Notes: generated from the letters alone by a model not told the origin. Counted from the first letter of the stretch, positions 9,093 through 20,402 are shown. The stretch: DNA of 64,000 bases from an uncultured Dehalococcoidaceae bacterium (GCA_964422155.1 CAYQZZ010000004.1:1749-65748); one strand, 5' to 3'. Program-made: numbers and translations.

Positions 9093-10031
9093 CTAGCCGG
9101 GCAGCACCGACCCGATGAAGTCCCGCTGTCCCCTCAGAAAATCTGCGGCGTTTACAGCTCTTTTACCCGCGAGCTGCACCTCGAGCACGCCCAGTATACC
9201 CTCGCCGCAAGCGATACCCAGCACTACCTCGCTTCCGGGGAGAGCCACCACCCGCCCTGCTTCTAAAGTACCCCCGCCAGGCAGGACTGCCGCCTCGATG
9301 ATTTTAAGCTGTTTGCCCCGCCAGGTCGTATAACACCCGGGCCAGGGATAGTAAGCCCGCACACGCCGCCAGATTGCCACCGCCGGCAGCCGCCAGTCAA
9401 TTTCTCCATCCCCCTTTTTGACCTGCGGGAAATAAGTAGCCCCCTTATCATCCTGGGGTCGGGGCGTAATTTCGCCGCGACACCATCCTATCAGGGCTTC
9501 CTGAAGCAGGTCCGCCCCTACTAAAGAAAGCTTATCGGTGAGCGTCCCGGCATTATCCCGCGGCGATACCGGCACAGCGGCCATCGATAGTATGGGACCG
9601 GTATCCAGTTCCTTCCGTATAAGCATGATGCTGACCCCGGTAAATTCATCACCGGCAAGTATCGCTGCCGTCACCGGCGAGGCTCCGCGGTGCCTGGGCA
9701 GCAAGGAAAAGTGGACATTAACGCACTGGTAAGGCGGGATGTCCAGTACCGTTTGCGGCAGAATATGTCCGAAGGCGCATACAACGATTACATCGGGTTT
9801 GAACTCTGCCAGCCGCGTTATCGCTTCCTCCGACCTGAAACTGGCAGGCTGTACCACCGGCACTCCCCACCTCAGGGCCGCCTTTTTTACCGGCGGAGGA
9901 ACCAGAGCACGCCCGCGCCCGGCAGGCCTGTCCGGCTGGGTATAAACAGCAACAACATCATACCGATTGACGAGAAGGTGCTCCAGAGATGGCACGGAAA
10001 ACTCGGGCGAACCCATGTAAACAATTCTCAA
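9093..10031 (-). CDS. fmt: Methionyl-tRNA formyltransferase
   Basis: 312 aa. MRIVYMGSPEF...VVAVYTQPDRPAGRG...NVHFSLLPRHRGASP. Confidence 0.93.
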   Translation of the reverse strand: MRIVYMGSPEFSVPSLEHLLVNRYDVVAVYTQPDRPAGRGRALVPPPVKKAALRWGVPVVQPASFRSEEAITRLAEFKPDVIVVCAFGHILPQTVLDIPPYQCVNVHFSLLPRHRGASPVTAAILAGDEFTGVSIMLIRKELDTGPILSMAAVPVSPRDNAGTLTDKLSLVGADLLQEALIGWCRGEITPRPQDDKGATYFPQVKKGDGEIDWRLPAVAIWRRVRAYYPWPGCYTTWRGKQLKIIEAAVLPGGGTLEAGRVVALPGSEVVLGIACGEGILGVLEVQLAGKRAVNAADFLRGQRDFIGSVLPG

Positions 10032-10410
10032 TTTATGCCTCCCGACTTAAAAATTTTATCACTAAATATATTTTTCAACAAGCATTTTTTTTATAGGCTG
10101 GCAACCCCTGAAAACCAGCAAAATAAACAGGTGGAAAGAGGTTGTAAGGGTAAAAAATATTGGTCACTGTCCCCCAAAAAGATTCGCTAGGTTGGTCGCC
10201 GCCCACAAAAAGGTTTGCCAGGGAGAGGTTGCCGGTAGTATGCTAGGTGGTGTTAATAAATTAATCGTTTATTAACATTTTTTCCATAGAACCCGCCAAA
10301 ACAGGCGGGGAATCCAGATGTTTTCCTAAATAGGGTGAACTTTTGCTTAAATCAGGATAGGGGGTTTTTTTGTCTGCTCAGATGTATTATAGCAGGCAAT
10401 TGACGTATAT
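10032..10410. other. fmt-dnaA intergenic region; candidate oriC part 1
   Basis: Point of gene-strand switch. Degenerate DnaA-box-like 9-mers are present (ttatcacta, ttttccata, ttttcaaca). A perfect 10-bp inverted repeat tgttaataaa/tttattaaca lies at 10251..10277. Confidence 0.35.
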
Positions 10411-11778
10411 ATGGAATTAACTCGAACGCGGACGCCGCAGGAAATATGGGAAACCGCCCTGGGCGAACTCCAGGTACAGGTCAGTAAGCCGAATTACCGA
10501 ACCTGGTTCAGCAAGACCATCGGGTTGAGCTATCAGGATAATCAGTTCGTCATCGGGGTTCCTAACACGTTCGCGGCTGAATACCTGGAGAAGAACCAGC
10601 GCTCCCTCATCGAAAAGGCCCTCATCGGGCTCACATCACCCGATGTACAGGTGGTTTTTCAGGTTAATGGCAAATCCCATCAACAGCATGCCAGCACAGA
10701 AAGCGGGCCGGCCATGCCCACACCCTCGCCGACCTATATCAGGCTTAATCCGAACTATGTTTTCGACTCGTTCGTCGAAGGCAGCGGTAACCGCCTGGCC
10801 CGTGCCGCAGCTCTATCCGTTGCCCAGAACCCCGGCCAGAGCTACAACCCCCTTTTCATCTACGGTGGAGCCGGCCTCGGTAAGACACACCTGCTTCACG
10901 CTATCGGGCAGGCGGCCTCGGCCAACCATATTAACGTCATCTGTTCCAGCGCCGAGCAGTTCACTAATGAGTTCGTCACCGCCCTGCGCGAGAAAACCTC
11001 CGAGGAGTTCCGTAATAAGTACCGCAGTATCGGTATGCTGCTTATCGACGACATCCATTTTATCAGTGGAAAAGAGCAGACCGAAGAGAGCTTCTTCCAC
11101 ACCTTTAACGAGCTGCACAATACCAACCGGCAGATAGTTATCACCAGCGATTGTCCGCCCAAGTCGATGCCCCTGCTGGAAGAGCGTTTGCGTTCCCGTT
11201 TCGAATGGGGACTTATTGTCGATATACAGCCGCCTGATTATGAAACGCGGCTGGCTATACTGCAATCGAAAGCCCGACTGAAGGGCATCAACATCGCTTC
11301 GGAAATACTCGAGATGATAGCCAGGGACATACAAAGCAATGTCAGAGTACTGGAGGGCTCTCTCAACAGGGTGATTGCCCTCGCCAAGCTGCTGAAGACT
11401 ACCCCTACCCTCGAAATCGCGACCAAGGCTCTGGAGGACGTCGCCAGTAAAGAGTACCTCGCAGACGATATTTCTCCCGACTCGATTATCGAAGCCGTGG
11501 CCGAAAGTTTTCATCTTTCCCGGGAGATATTGATGGGGCGGCAGAGGGATAAGGATACCTCTTTAGCCCGCCGTCTGGCCATGTACCTTATCCGGCAAGA
11601 GACTAATTACTCTCTCGCCCAGATAGGGCAGGAGCTGGGAAACCGCGATGCCGCCTCGGTAACCGCCGCCTGCAAGAAAATTGCCATTGACATCACTGGC
11701 AGCCACTTCCTGAAGCGACGCGTAAGCGATATTAAGAGACATCTCCAACCTAAAGCAGTTTCTAAAAACTCCGTTTAA
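10411..11778 (+). CDS. dnaA: Chromosomal replication initiator DnaA
   Basis: 455 aa. Walker A GGAGLGKTHLL, LLIDDIHF, C-terminal DNA-binding domain. Confidence 0.97.
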   Translation: MELTRTRTPQEIWETALGELQVQVSKPNYRTWFSKTIGLSYQDNQFVIGVPNTFAAEYLEKNQRSLIEKALIGLTSPDVQVVFQVNGKSHQQHASTESGPAMPTPSPTYIRLNPNYVFDSFVEGSGNRLARAAALSVAQNPGQSYNPLFIYGGAGLGKTHLLHAIGQAASANHINVICSSAEQFTNEFVTALREKTSEEFRNKYRSIGMLLIDDIHFISGKEQTEESFFHTFNELHNTNRQIVITSDCPPKSMPLLEERLRSRFEWGLIVDIQPPDYETRLAILQSKARLKGINIASEILEMIARDIQSNVRVLEGSLNRVIALAKLLKTTPTLEIATKALEDVASKEYLADDISPDSIIEAVAESFHLSREILMGRQRDKDTSLARRLAMYLIRQETNYSLAQIGQELGNRDAASVTAACKKIAIDITGSHFLKRRVSDIKRHLQPKAVSKNSV

Positions 11779-13324
<1,546 letters not shown>

Positions 13325-13328
13325 TTTT

Positions 13329-13946
13329 ATGAAGATAGGCGTGCTCGGTGGAACTTTCGACCCGGTCCATCTGGGGCATATTATGATGGCCGAGGAAGCG
13401 AGAAAATCGCTGGGACTAAAGGAGGTGCTTCTGGTGCCGGCCGGTCAGCCGCTGACGAGGTCGGACGAACGGATAACATCTGCCGAACACCGTCTCCGGA
13501 TGCTGCGCCTCGCGGTGGCCGGGAGTCCCCATCTTAAGGTTTCTACCGTAGAAATAGAGCGACCGGGCCCATCCTTTACCGTCGATACTATTGCCGAACT
13601 GAGACGGAAGTTCGGGGGCAAGGACGAGATATTTTTCATACTGGGTTGGGACAGCCTGGCACAGTTACCTATCTGGAGAGAACCAGCGCGTATCATAAAT
13701 ATGTGTATTCTAGTAGCGGTTCCCCGCCCGGGCTGGACGCAGCCCAGCCTGAAGGCTTTGGAGAAGGATATACCGGGTATTTCGAAAAGGGTGGTGTTTT
13801 TGGAGAAACCACGGGTAGACATCAGCGCCACGGCCATAAGAGAAAAGGTGGCGAGGGGCGAATCTATAGATCATCTTGTCCCCGGACCGGTAGCCGATTA
13901 CATTGAAAATCATGGCCTGTATAAAGCAGAGCAGGAGGTCAAATAG
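13329..13946 (+). CDS. nadD: Nicotinate-nucleotide adenylyltransferase
   Basis: GVLGGTFDPVHLGH motif; 205 aa. Confidence 0.92.
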   Translation: MKIGVLGGTFDPVHLGHIMMAEEARKSLGLKEVLLVPAGQPLTRSDERITSAEHRLRMLRLAVAGSPHLKVSTVEIERPGPSFTVDTIAELRRKFGGKDEIFFILGWDSLAQLPIWREPARIINMCILVAVPRPGWTQPSLKALEKDIPGISKRVVFLEKPRVDISATAIREKVARGESIDHLVPGPVADYIENHGLYKAEQEVK

Positions 13947-14503
13947 TGAAAGCAGTAGGAATTGTCGGCAGCCCCAGGAAAGGGGGTAACACCGAGATAT
14001 TAACGGCCCATTGCCTTAAAGCGATGGCCGAAGAAGGGCTGGAGATAGAACTGGTAAGTCTGGCGGGACTCGATATTAGGGGGTGCAGCGCCTGCGACTA
14101 CTGTTTCGAGCATGAAGGGTGCTCCATCGAGGATGATATGCCGCCGGTCTTCGATAAGATGATTGCGGCTGATGCCATCGTTGTTGGCTCACCGGTATAT
14201 TTCGGCTCGGCTACGGCGCTGGTGAAAGGGTTACTGGAGCGGGCCGGCTTGATTTCCCGGGGGCGTTTTGCCGGTAAAGTAGGCGGTCCCCTGGTGGTAG
14301 CCCGACGCGCCGGGCAGAATTTTACCTTTATGGAGCTCATGCACTGGTTTCATATCATGCAGATAATCAATCCCGGGTCGATATACTGGAACGGGGCTTT
14401 CGGGCGGGAAAAGGGTGAGGTAGAGAAAGACGAAGAAGGCCTGAGAATCGCCTGGCATTTCGGCAAGAACGTCGCCAAACTCGTAAAAAAACTGAGGGCG
14501 TAG
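13946..14503 (+). CDS. Flavodoxin-like FMN reductase / iron-sulfur flavoprotein family
   Basis: VGSPRKGGNT plus the compact Cys motif CSACDYCFEHEGC. GTG start overlaps the nadD stop; GGAGG upstream. Confidence 0.72.
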   Translation: MKAVGIVGSPRKGGNTEILTAHCLKAMAEEGLEIELVSLAGLDIRGCSACDYCFEHEGCSIEDDMPPVFDKMIAADAIVVGSPVYFGSATALVKGLLERAGLISRGRFAGKVGGPLVVARRAGQNFTFMELMHWFHIMQIINPGSIYWNGAFGREKGEVEKDEEGLRIAWHFGKNVAKLVKKLRA

Positions 14504-14662
14504 TTGATGATACATCATACTGTAAAACCGCCCGAATTTTGATTTTAACGCTTCTGGTGGCATGTCAGAACTGCTCTGGGGTTGGGGAAAAGGGGTTGGC
14601 TAGTTACCGGGGCTTTGGGCTATAATTAAATACCGTTAAGGTATGCCGTGGAGGTATCCTGA

Positions 14663-15088
14663 TTGGTTGATGAGTCGGTAATCAGCGGAGAGTTGCAAAG
14701 CCTGCTTAACGTTGAGTTCGGCCCCGAGGTCTACGAAACTGAAAAGGGGGTGCTAAAGAGGTTTGCTGAGGCCATTGACGACCCTAATCCAAAGTGGCGG
14801 CAGGTAGCACCTCCCACTTTCGCAGCCGCACTTGTTCCTACCGAGCTGTTGCACAAGCTTTTTAACGCCGCATGCACGCTTAAACGCATCCTCAATGGTG
14901 TCAGCGAGCTTGAATATTTTCACCCCATCAGGTTGGGTGATGTTATTTCCGTAAAAGGCAGCCTCACCAGGCTGCGGCAGCTTGAGGGCAAGGAGGGCAG
15001 GACGCTTTTCATGATAACGGATGTTACCTATACCAACCAGCGTGGTGAAGTGGTGGTGAAGGGGAAAAACACATACATCAAATATTAG
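14663..15088 (+). CDS. MaoC-like (hot-dog) dehydratase, N-terminal-type subunit
   Basis: 141 aa, FAS1-like dehydratase-N pattern, paired with the next gene. Confidence 0.65.
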   Translation: MVDESVISGELQSLLNVEFGPEVYETEKGVLKRFAEAIDDPNPKWRQVAPPTFAAALVPTELLHKLFNAACTLKRILNGVSELEYFHPIRLGDVISVKGSLTRLRQLEGKEGRTLFMITDVTYTNQRGEVVVKGKNTYIKY

Positions 15089-15099
15089 CTGGGGATAAG

Positions 15100-15540
15100 A
15101 TGGTTGAGTCGATTTTATATGAAGATATCGAGGTGGGCAGCGGGATTCCGGCGCTGGTCAAGTACCCGACGACCATGCAGCTCGTAAAGTATGCCAGTGC
15201 CTCCGGGGACTATTACCAGATACACTACGACAAGGACTTCGCCATAGCTAATGGCCTGCCGGGCGTTATCGTACACGGCTGGCTTACGCTTTCCTTCCTG
15301 GGGCAGATGCTTACCGACTGGCTCGGAGAGGGTGGCGTGCTCGTAAAGTTGAACGGCAGCTACCGGGGCATTAACAAGGTAAACGAGGACATCATCTGCA
15401 ACGGCAAGGTTACTAAAAAGTACGTTGAGGGAAGCAAGCACTACGCCAGGGTGGAAATCTGGGCAGAGAACCCCCAGGGAAAAAAGACGGTTACCGGTTC
15501 GGCGGTGGTGATGCTACCTTCACGGGAGAAAACACAGTAA
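15100..15540 (+). CDS. MaoC-like (R)-specific enoyl-CoA hydratase subunit
   Basis: YASASGDYYQIHYDKDFA...GVIVHGW hot-dog hydratase motif. Confidence 0.75.
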   Translation: MVESILYEDIEVGSGIPALVKYPTTMQLVKYASASGDYYQIHYDKDFAIANGLPGVIVHGWLTLSFLGQMLTDWLGEGGVLVKLNGSYRGINKVNEDIICNGKVTKKYVEGSKHYARVEIWAENPQGKKTVTGSAVVMLPSREKTQ

Positions 15541-15544
15541 AAGC

Positions 15545-15584
15545 GCATTTGAGGATATGCGCAATAACGCAGATACGCAGTTAC
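15545..15584. repeat. Octamer-phased repeat, locus c (gcatttga|ggatatgc|gcaataac|gcagatac|gcagttac)
   Basis: Five 8-nt units filling the 51-nt gap between convergent stop codons. Confidence 0.55.
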
Positions 15585-15591
15585 TGATTTC

Positions 15592-17637
15592 CTACTCAGT
15601 CCCGCCCAGTGATTCCGCAAGCAGTTCACTCAGGTCCATGGCTTTTATGGACTCTTCCGCTCCCTTGGCTTTAAGCGCATCATCGAACATGGTCAGGCAG
15701 TAAGGGCAGGCCGTCGCCACGCAGTCCACTCCGGCTTTGATAACCTCCTCAACTCGCCGCATATTGACGCGCTTGTCCGGCTCCTCCTCCATCCACATGT
15801 GGCCGCCGCCGCCGCCGCAGCAAAAGCTATCGGTTTTATGGCGCGGCAGTTCGATATTCGTTCCGTTTAAAGCCCTCAGGATTTCCCTGGGCTCGTCGTA
15901 GATGTCATTGTAGCGTCCCAGGTAGCAAGAATCGTGGTAGGTGGCTTTCTTGACACTATTTCTATTGACTTTCAGCCGACCCTCTTTAATCAGACCGGCG
16001 AAGAACTGTGTATGGTGCACGACCTCGAAATTGCCGCCGAACTGTTTATACTCGTATTTCAGGCTATTGAAGCAGTGGGGGCAGGTGGTCAGTATCTTTT
16101 TGACGTTGTGCCCCTTGAGAATCTCGATATTCTGCTGGCAGATGGTCTGGAAGAGGTACTCATCGCCCATACGGCGGGCGGGGTCGCCGCAGCAGGCTTC
16201 CTCCTCACCCAGAATGCCGAACTTGATGCCGGCCGCCCCCAGGACTTTAGCCGTGGCACGGGATACCTTCATGTTGCGGTCGTCGAGGGCGGCGCTGCAG
16301 CCCACCCAGTAGAGAATCTCAGCATTTTTGACATCGGACATGGTATTGACTTGCAGTCCGTCACACCAGGTGGTCCTCGTGGAAGTAGTCCCCCGGTAAG
16401 GATGTCCGCGGGTGCCGAGACTTTTCAGCGCTTCCTGGGCCGCTTCCGGGAAACGGCTCTTTTCCATCGCTAGATTGCGGCGCATGTCCACTATCTTGTC
16501 GACGTGTTCGATGTAAACCGGGCATGCCTGCTGGCAGGCGCGGCAGGTAGTACAGTCCCAGATAACCTCTTCGGTGATAATGTCGCCGAGCATTTCCTTG
16601 CGGGACTCCGTCGGCTTTATCGAAATCAGGCCGGGATATACATCGTAGAGGTGCTGCTTGAGGTCCTGAATGACCTGCTTGGGATTAAGGGCTTTACCGC
16701 TGAAATGGGCCGGACAGGCGTCCTGGCAGCGGCCGCACCGCGTGCAGGCGTCAAGGTCGAGGAGCTGCTTCCAGGTGAAATGCTCGATTTTGCTGACGCC
16801 GAAAAGCTCGGTTTTCTCGAAATCGAGTTTGGTCAGCGTGCCACGCGGCCCCAGGTTTCTGAAAAATACGTTCACGGGGTCCCAGATGATGTGGAATAAT
16901 TTGGTGTTGTAAAGCGATACATACACTATGGCGCTAAGGCTCAGGAATACATGGAACCACCACGTAAAGATATGCCAGTCCAGCAGGGCATTCTGACTCA
17001 GGCCGGAGAAAGCCCTGGCAAGCACATAACCCCCGGGCGACCATGGAGCCCAGTCCGGGGACGCCTGAAGCTCGGTGGCGGCCATGCGTAACCCTTCGAC
17101 GATAAAGCCGGTGACGATGACTATCAGGATTAACAGCAGAGTCACCAGGTCATCCCACCTGTTATCGAGTCTTTCCGGCCTCCAGATGTACCGTCTGCCG
17201 ATGGCCATGAGCACGCCGATAATAGCAAGTATGCCGAAGCTATCGACCACCACCGAGTAGCCCAGGTAGAAGTTACCGTGCATAAATTCGAAAAAGTAGT
17301 GGCTGATGAAGTCCAGGAAGGCACCGAGGAGGAAGACAATACACCCTGAGAAAATGAGGAAATGCGCCAGTCCCGCATAAAGCTCACGAAAACGCCAGTC
17401 CTTAGCATCCAAGCCGAAGAACTTGCGGTGTAAAAGGCCGTCGATAAATGCTGTCCGGATAAACGCGGGGATACGCTGGCCCGGCTGGTTGAACCTGTTG
17501 GCCGGCTGGCCCACCCGCCACCTCCGGGGGTGCCTGAGGATGGCATAGACCAATATAGCTACAGAAATAGCGGCCAGGGAGTACATTATCCAGGGGTACT
17601 GAATATTCCAGAAAATCTCACGGGTTGGCTGTTCCAT
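15592..17637 (-). CDS. Membrane-anchored Fe-S oxidoreductase, HdrD/DsrK-like, fused to a DsrM/NarI-like multi-helix N-terminus
   Basis: About 250 aa of hydrophobic helices, then CTRCGRCQDACP and CTTCRACQQACP, then two CCG-type cysteine domains (CCGDP..., CPHC, FCCGGGGGH). Confidence 0.75.
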   Translation of the reverse strand: MEQPTREIFWNIQYPWIMYSLAAISVAILVYAILRHPRRWRVGQPANRFNQPGQRIPAFIRTAFIDGLLHRKFFGLDAKDWRFRELYAGLAHFLIFSGCIVFLLGAFLDFISHYFFEFMHGNFYLGYSVVVDSFGILAIIGVLMAIGRRYIWRPERLDNRWDDLVTLLLILIVIVTGFIVEGLRMAATELQASPDWAPWSPGGYVLARAFSGLSQNALLDWHIFTWWFHVFLSLSAIVYVSLYNTKLFHIIWDPVNVFFRNLGPRGTLTKLDFEKTELFGVSKIEHFTWKQLLDLDACTRCGRCQDACPAHFSGKALNPKQVIQDLKQHLYDVYPGLISIKPTESRKEMLGDIITEEVIWDCTTCRACQQACPVYIEHVDKIVDMRRNLAMEKSRFPEAAQEALKSLGTRGHPYRGTTSTRTTWCDGLQVNTMSDVKNAEILYWVGCSAALDDRNMKVSRATAKVLGAAGIKFGILGEEEACCGDPARRMGDEYLFQTICQQNIEILKGHNVKKILTTCPHCFNSLKYEYKQFGGNFEVVHHTQFFAGLIKEGRLKVNRNSVKKATYHDSCYLGRYNDIYDEPREILRALNGTNIELPRHKTDSFCCGGGGGHMWMEEEPDKRVNMRRVEEVIKAGVDCVATACPYCLTMFDDALKAKGAEESIKAMDLSELLAESLGGTE

Positions 17638-17723
17638 GTTTGAAACCTTCCTTTAAGAAAATCCTTCTACAAGTTACGTGTTAATCCCGATTATATCATA
17701 TATAATTTAAGCTGTAACAGGCT

Positions 17724-17752
17724 TTGACATCCGTTACCAATGGGGATATCAT
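17724..17752 (+). promoter_or_regulatory. Sigma70-like promoter of the archease-rtcB operon
   Basis: TTGACA, 17-nt spacer, TATCAT. Confidence 0.5.
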
Positions 17753-17797
17753 TAAAGCCCACGGGGTAGTAAGTGGTAAACGCAACTGCTCATCTGA

Positions 17798-17821
17798 GCA
17801 TATGCGTAAATGCGTAATTAT
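17798..17821. repeat. Octamer-phased repeat, locus d (inverted orientation: gcatatgc|gtaaatgc|gtaattat)
   Basis: Three units ending at the archease ATG. The reverse complement gives gcatttac units. Confidence 0.5.
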
Positions 17822-18230
17822 GAAAAAATTTGAGCTTATCGAGCATACGGCGGACATGGGGCTGGCGGCCTACGGTAAGACACTGGCCGAGGCTTTTGCC
17901 AACGCCGCCTTCGGCATGTTCTCCATAATCGCTGAACTTGACGCCGTGCGGGAAGTCGAGACCCGGCGGGTGGAGATAAACGAAGAGGACATGGAAGGCC
18001 TGCTCTTCGAGTGGTTGAACAGCCTGCTTTACTACTTTGACGTGGAAATGCTTCTCTTCAAAAGGTTCGATATAATGGAATTCGGGGAGGGCCGTCTGGT
18101 GGCTGAATGTCATGGCGAAAAATACGACCCCTCCCGCCATCATCTGAAAACGGGGGTAAAGTCAGCCACCTATCATATGCTCGAGGTAGACCGGGAGAAA
18201 AACCGGGTTCAGGTTATCTTAGATGTCTAG
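17820..18230 (+). CDS. Archease (RtcB activator)
   Basis: MKKFELIEHTADMGL... is the archease N-terminal signature. The start is chosen at M33 of track ORF 17724..18230. Confidence 0.88.
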   Translation: MKKFELIEHTADMGLAAYGKTLAEAFANAAFGMFSIIAELDAVREVETRRVEINEEDMEGLLFEWLNSLLYYFDVEMLLFKRFDIMEFGEGRLVAECHGEKYDPSRHHLKTGVKSATYHMLEVDREKNRVQVILDV

Positions 18231-18241
18231 GAGGTGCGGTG

Positions 18242-19699
18242 ATGCCGAAGTGGAGTGGCAAACTGGAGAAGGTTGACGAGTATCGCTGGCGCATTCCGAA
18301 GAGTTACAAGCCGGGCATGCTTGTGGACGGGCTTATCTATACCGACGAGGGGATGCTCCCGCATATATTAGAGGAGCAAGCCCTGGAGCAGGTCGCCAAC
18401 GTGGCTTTTCTGCCCGGCATCGTTGGGTATTCCCTGGCGATGCCCGATATCCACTGGGGCTACGGCTTTGCCATCGGCGGCGTGGCGGCGATGAGGGTCA
18501 GCGACGGCGTGGTATCGCCGGGAGGGGTGGGCTTCGATATCAACTGCGGGGTGCGCATCATGCGCACCAATCTGACCCGCGAGGAGGTGAGCCCCAAGAT
18601 AAAAGCGCTTATCGATGCTCTCTTTTACGCTGTGCCTTCGGGGTTGGGGTCGAGGGGTAAAATCAAGCTTAATTCCAAAGAGATTGATAATGTCTTAGTG
18701 AAAGGGTCGAGGTGGGCGGTGGAGAATGGCTACGGAAGGCCGGAAGACCTTGAGACCACCGAGGAGGGTGGAGAGATGGCCGGCACCGACCCTGCCCGCG
18801 TCAGCAGCCGGGCCAAGGAGCGCGGTATCCCGCAACTGGGCACCCTGGGCTCAGGCAATCATTTCCTAGAAGTAGCCGTTGTCGACGAGATATACGAGGC
18901 GGATATCGCCCGTGCCATGGGCATCGACCGGGTAGGGCAGGTGATGCTCTATGTCCACTGCGGGTCACGCGGGCTGGGACACCAGGTCGCCGACGACTAT
19001 ATCAAAGAGATGCTCAGGGCCATGCAAAAGTATGGCATCGAGGTGCCGGACCGCCAGCTTGCCTGCGCCCCGGTAAAGTCTCCGGAAGGGCAGGCTTACC
19101 TTGCCGCGATGCGCTGCGCCGCCAACTACGCCTGGGCCAACCGCCAGTGCATCACCCACTGGGTCAGGGAGGCCTTCTGCCGGGTGATAGGTAAAAACGA
19201 GCGGGATGCCGGTTTGCAGCTTATCTATGATGTTACTCACAATATCGCCAAGATTGAAGACCAAGAGGTAGATGGCAAGAAGGAGAAGCTCTGCGTGCAC
19301 CGCAAGGGCGCCACCCGTGCCTTCCCGGCCGGCCATCCGGATGTGCCGAAGAAATATGCATCGGTGGGGCAGCCGATACTTATTCCCGGAGACATGGGGC
19401 GTACGTCCTACATCCTGGTGGGCACGGAGCGCGCTATGAAAGAGACCTTCGGCTCCACCTGCCACGGCGCCGGCAGGATGAAGAGTCGGGCCGCCGCCAA
19501 GAGACAGCTCAGTGGGAGAGAAGTCCTGGCGGCGCTGGAGGCACGCGGTATCACCGTCAGGGCGGGCAGCCTCCCCGGACTGGCCGAAGAAGCCCCGGAA
19601 GCCTATAAGGACGTGGGGGACGTTGTAAGAATAGCCCACGGCGCCGGCATCTCTAAAAAAGTTGCCAGGACGCGGCCGATAGCGGTGGTTAAGGGGTAA
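18242..19699 (+). CDS. rtcB: RNA 3'-phosphate ligase RtcB
   Basis: PDIHWGYGF, GVGFDINCG, GSGNHF, HCGSRGLGH, CHGAGR motifs. The start is MPKWSGKLEKV; the track start at 18107 would overlap archease. Confidence 0.95.
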   Translation: MPKWSGKLEKVDEYRWRIPKSYKPGMLVDGLIYTDEGMLPHILEEQALEQVANVAFLPGIVGYSLAMPDIHWGYGFAIGGVAAMRVSDGVVSPGGVGFDINCGVRIMRTNLTREEVSPKIKALIDALFYAVPSGLGSRGKIKLNSKEIDNVLVKGSRWAVENGYGRPEDLETTEEGGEMAGTDPARVSSRAKERGIPQLGTLGSGNHFLEVAVVDEIYEADIARAMGIDRVGQVMLYVHCGSRGLGHQVADDYIKEMLRAMQKYGIEVPDRQLACAPVKSPEGQAYLAAMRCAANYAWANRQCITHWVREAFCRVIGKNERDAGLQLIYDVTHNIAKIEDQEVDGKKEKLCVHRKGATRAFPAGHPDVPKKYASVGQPILIPGDMGRTSYILVGTERAMKETFGSTCHGAGRMKSRAAAKRQLSGREVLAALEARGITVRAGSLPGLAEEAPEAYKDVGDVVRIAHGAGISKKVARTRPIAVVKG

Positions 19700-19708
19700 G
19701 GATTTATC

Positions 19709-19978
19709 ATGATTGCTAAATACAATGAAGGCCAGAAGGTAAAAATCATCGACCTGGTGGGCACTGATAGTTATGCCGACAGGCAAATCAGGTAGCATGT
19801 GGATAAGACCGGCACGGTTGTAAAATCCTACTGCATCATGCGGGATGAGATGCCGGACCTGAGCAAGATGTTCGTCTACCCCGATGTCTATAGCTATGAT
19901 GTTCGTCTTGGTAAAGACGGGGATATAGTGCGCGGTATTCCGGAAATAGCCCTGGAAACGTATGTTTTTAGGGCTTGA
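19709..19978 (+). pseudogene. Small ORF (89 codons) interrupted by one in-frame TAG at 19793-19795
   Basis: ATG at 19709 with AAGGGGTAAGGA upstream. Reads MIAKYNEGQKVKIIDLVGTDSYADRQIR-TAG-HVDKTGTVVKSYCIMRDEMPDLSKMFVYPDVYSYDVRLGKDGDIVRGIPEIALETYVFRA-TGA in a single frame. Confidence 0.35.
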
Positions 19979-20049
19979 CAGCGAGTGGGCGAGCGTATTA
20001 AGATAGCCTAACTAATTCATCTGATAAGTCGGAGTTCAGGAGGTAGAAA

Positions 20050-20229
20050 ATGTTGCTCGCATCCCAAATTATTCTCATAATAGCCGGGGCACTGTTGCTA
20101 TTCGATGTATTCCTTATGGTCACCCATCGTCCTAACCCTGTAAAGAGTTGGCCCTTACCGTGTCCTATGAGCCTGCTATTCTTAGCGGTAGGCATCATTC
20201 TTCTCAGCGTCGACGGCCTTATCTCTTAA
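20050..20229 (+). CDS. Small two-helix membrane protein (59 aa; below the track cutoff)
   Basis: CAGGAGG lies 7 nt upstream of the ATG. MLLASQIILIIAGALLLFDVFLMV...MSLLFLAVGIILLSVDGLIS. Confidence 0.4.
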   Translation: MLLASQIILIIAGALLLFDVFLMVTHRPNPVKSWPLPCPMSLLFLAVGIILLSVDGLIS

Positions 20230-20329
20230 GACGCCACCGGGGTAATGTACGAGGGCTTTCAAAGGTAATCTCGGGCAATAGCTGATTTTATTTAGCGGCG
20301 GTTAGCTATACGCTTTTCGGCGTGGTTGA

Positions 20330-20353
20330 GGAATTGCGCAATAGCGCATTTAC
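20330..20353. repeat. Octamer-phased repeat, locus e (ggaattgc|gcaatagc|gcatttac)
   Basis: Three units, 50 nt beyond the stop of the glycoside hydrolase gene. Confidence 0.45.
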
Positions 20354-20402
20354 GGGAATAAAATCCTTTCAACCTCTCTCAGGCGGGCGATTTTTAAAAC
20401 AC

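Noticed and set aside
18107-18241. The track start of the rtcB ORF at 18107, which gives a 530-aa protein.
   Set aside because: The extension overlaps the archease coding region in another frame and is not RtcB-like. The conserved RtcB N-terminus begins at MPKWSGK (18242).
19998-20198. A 66-aa minus-strand ORF.
   Set aside because: No RBS is present. It is the mirror of a plus-strand 59-aa two-helix membrane ORF (20050..20229), which has a strong CAGGAGG Shine-Dalgarno sequence and a sensible hydrophobic pattern.
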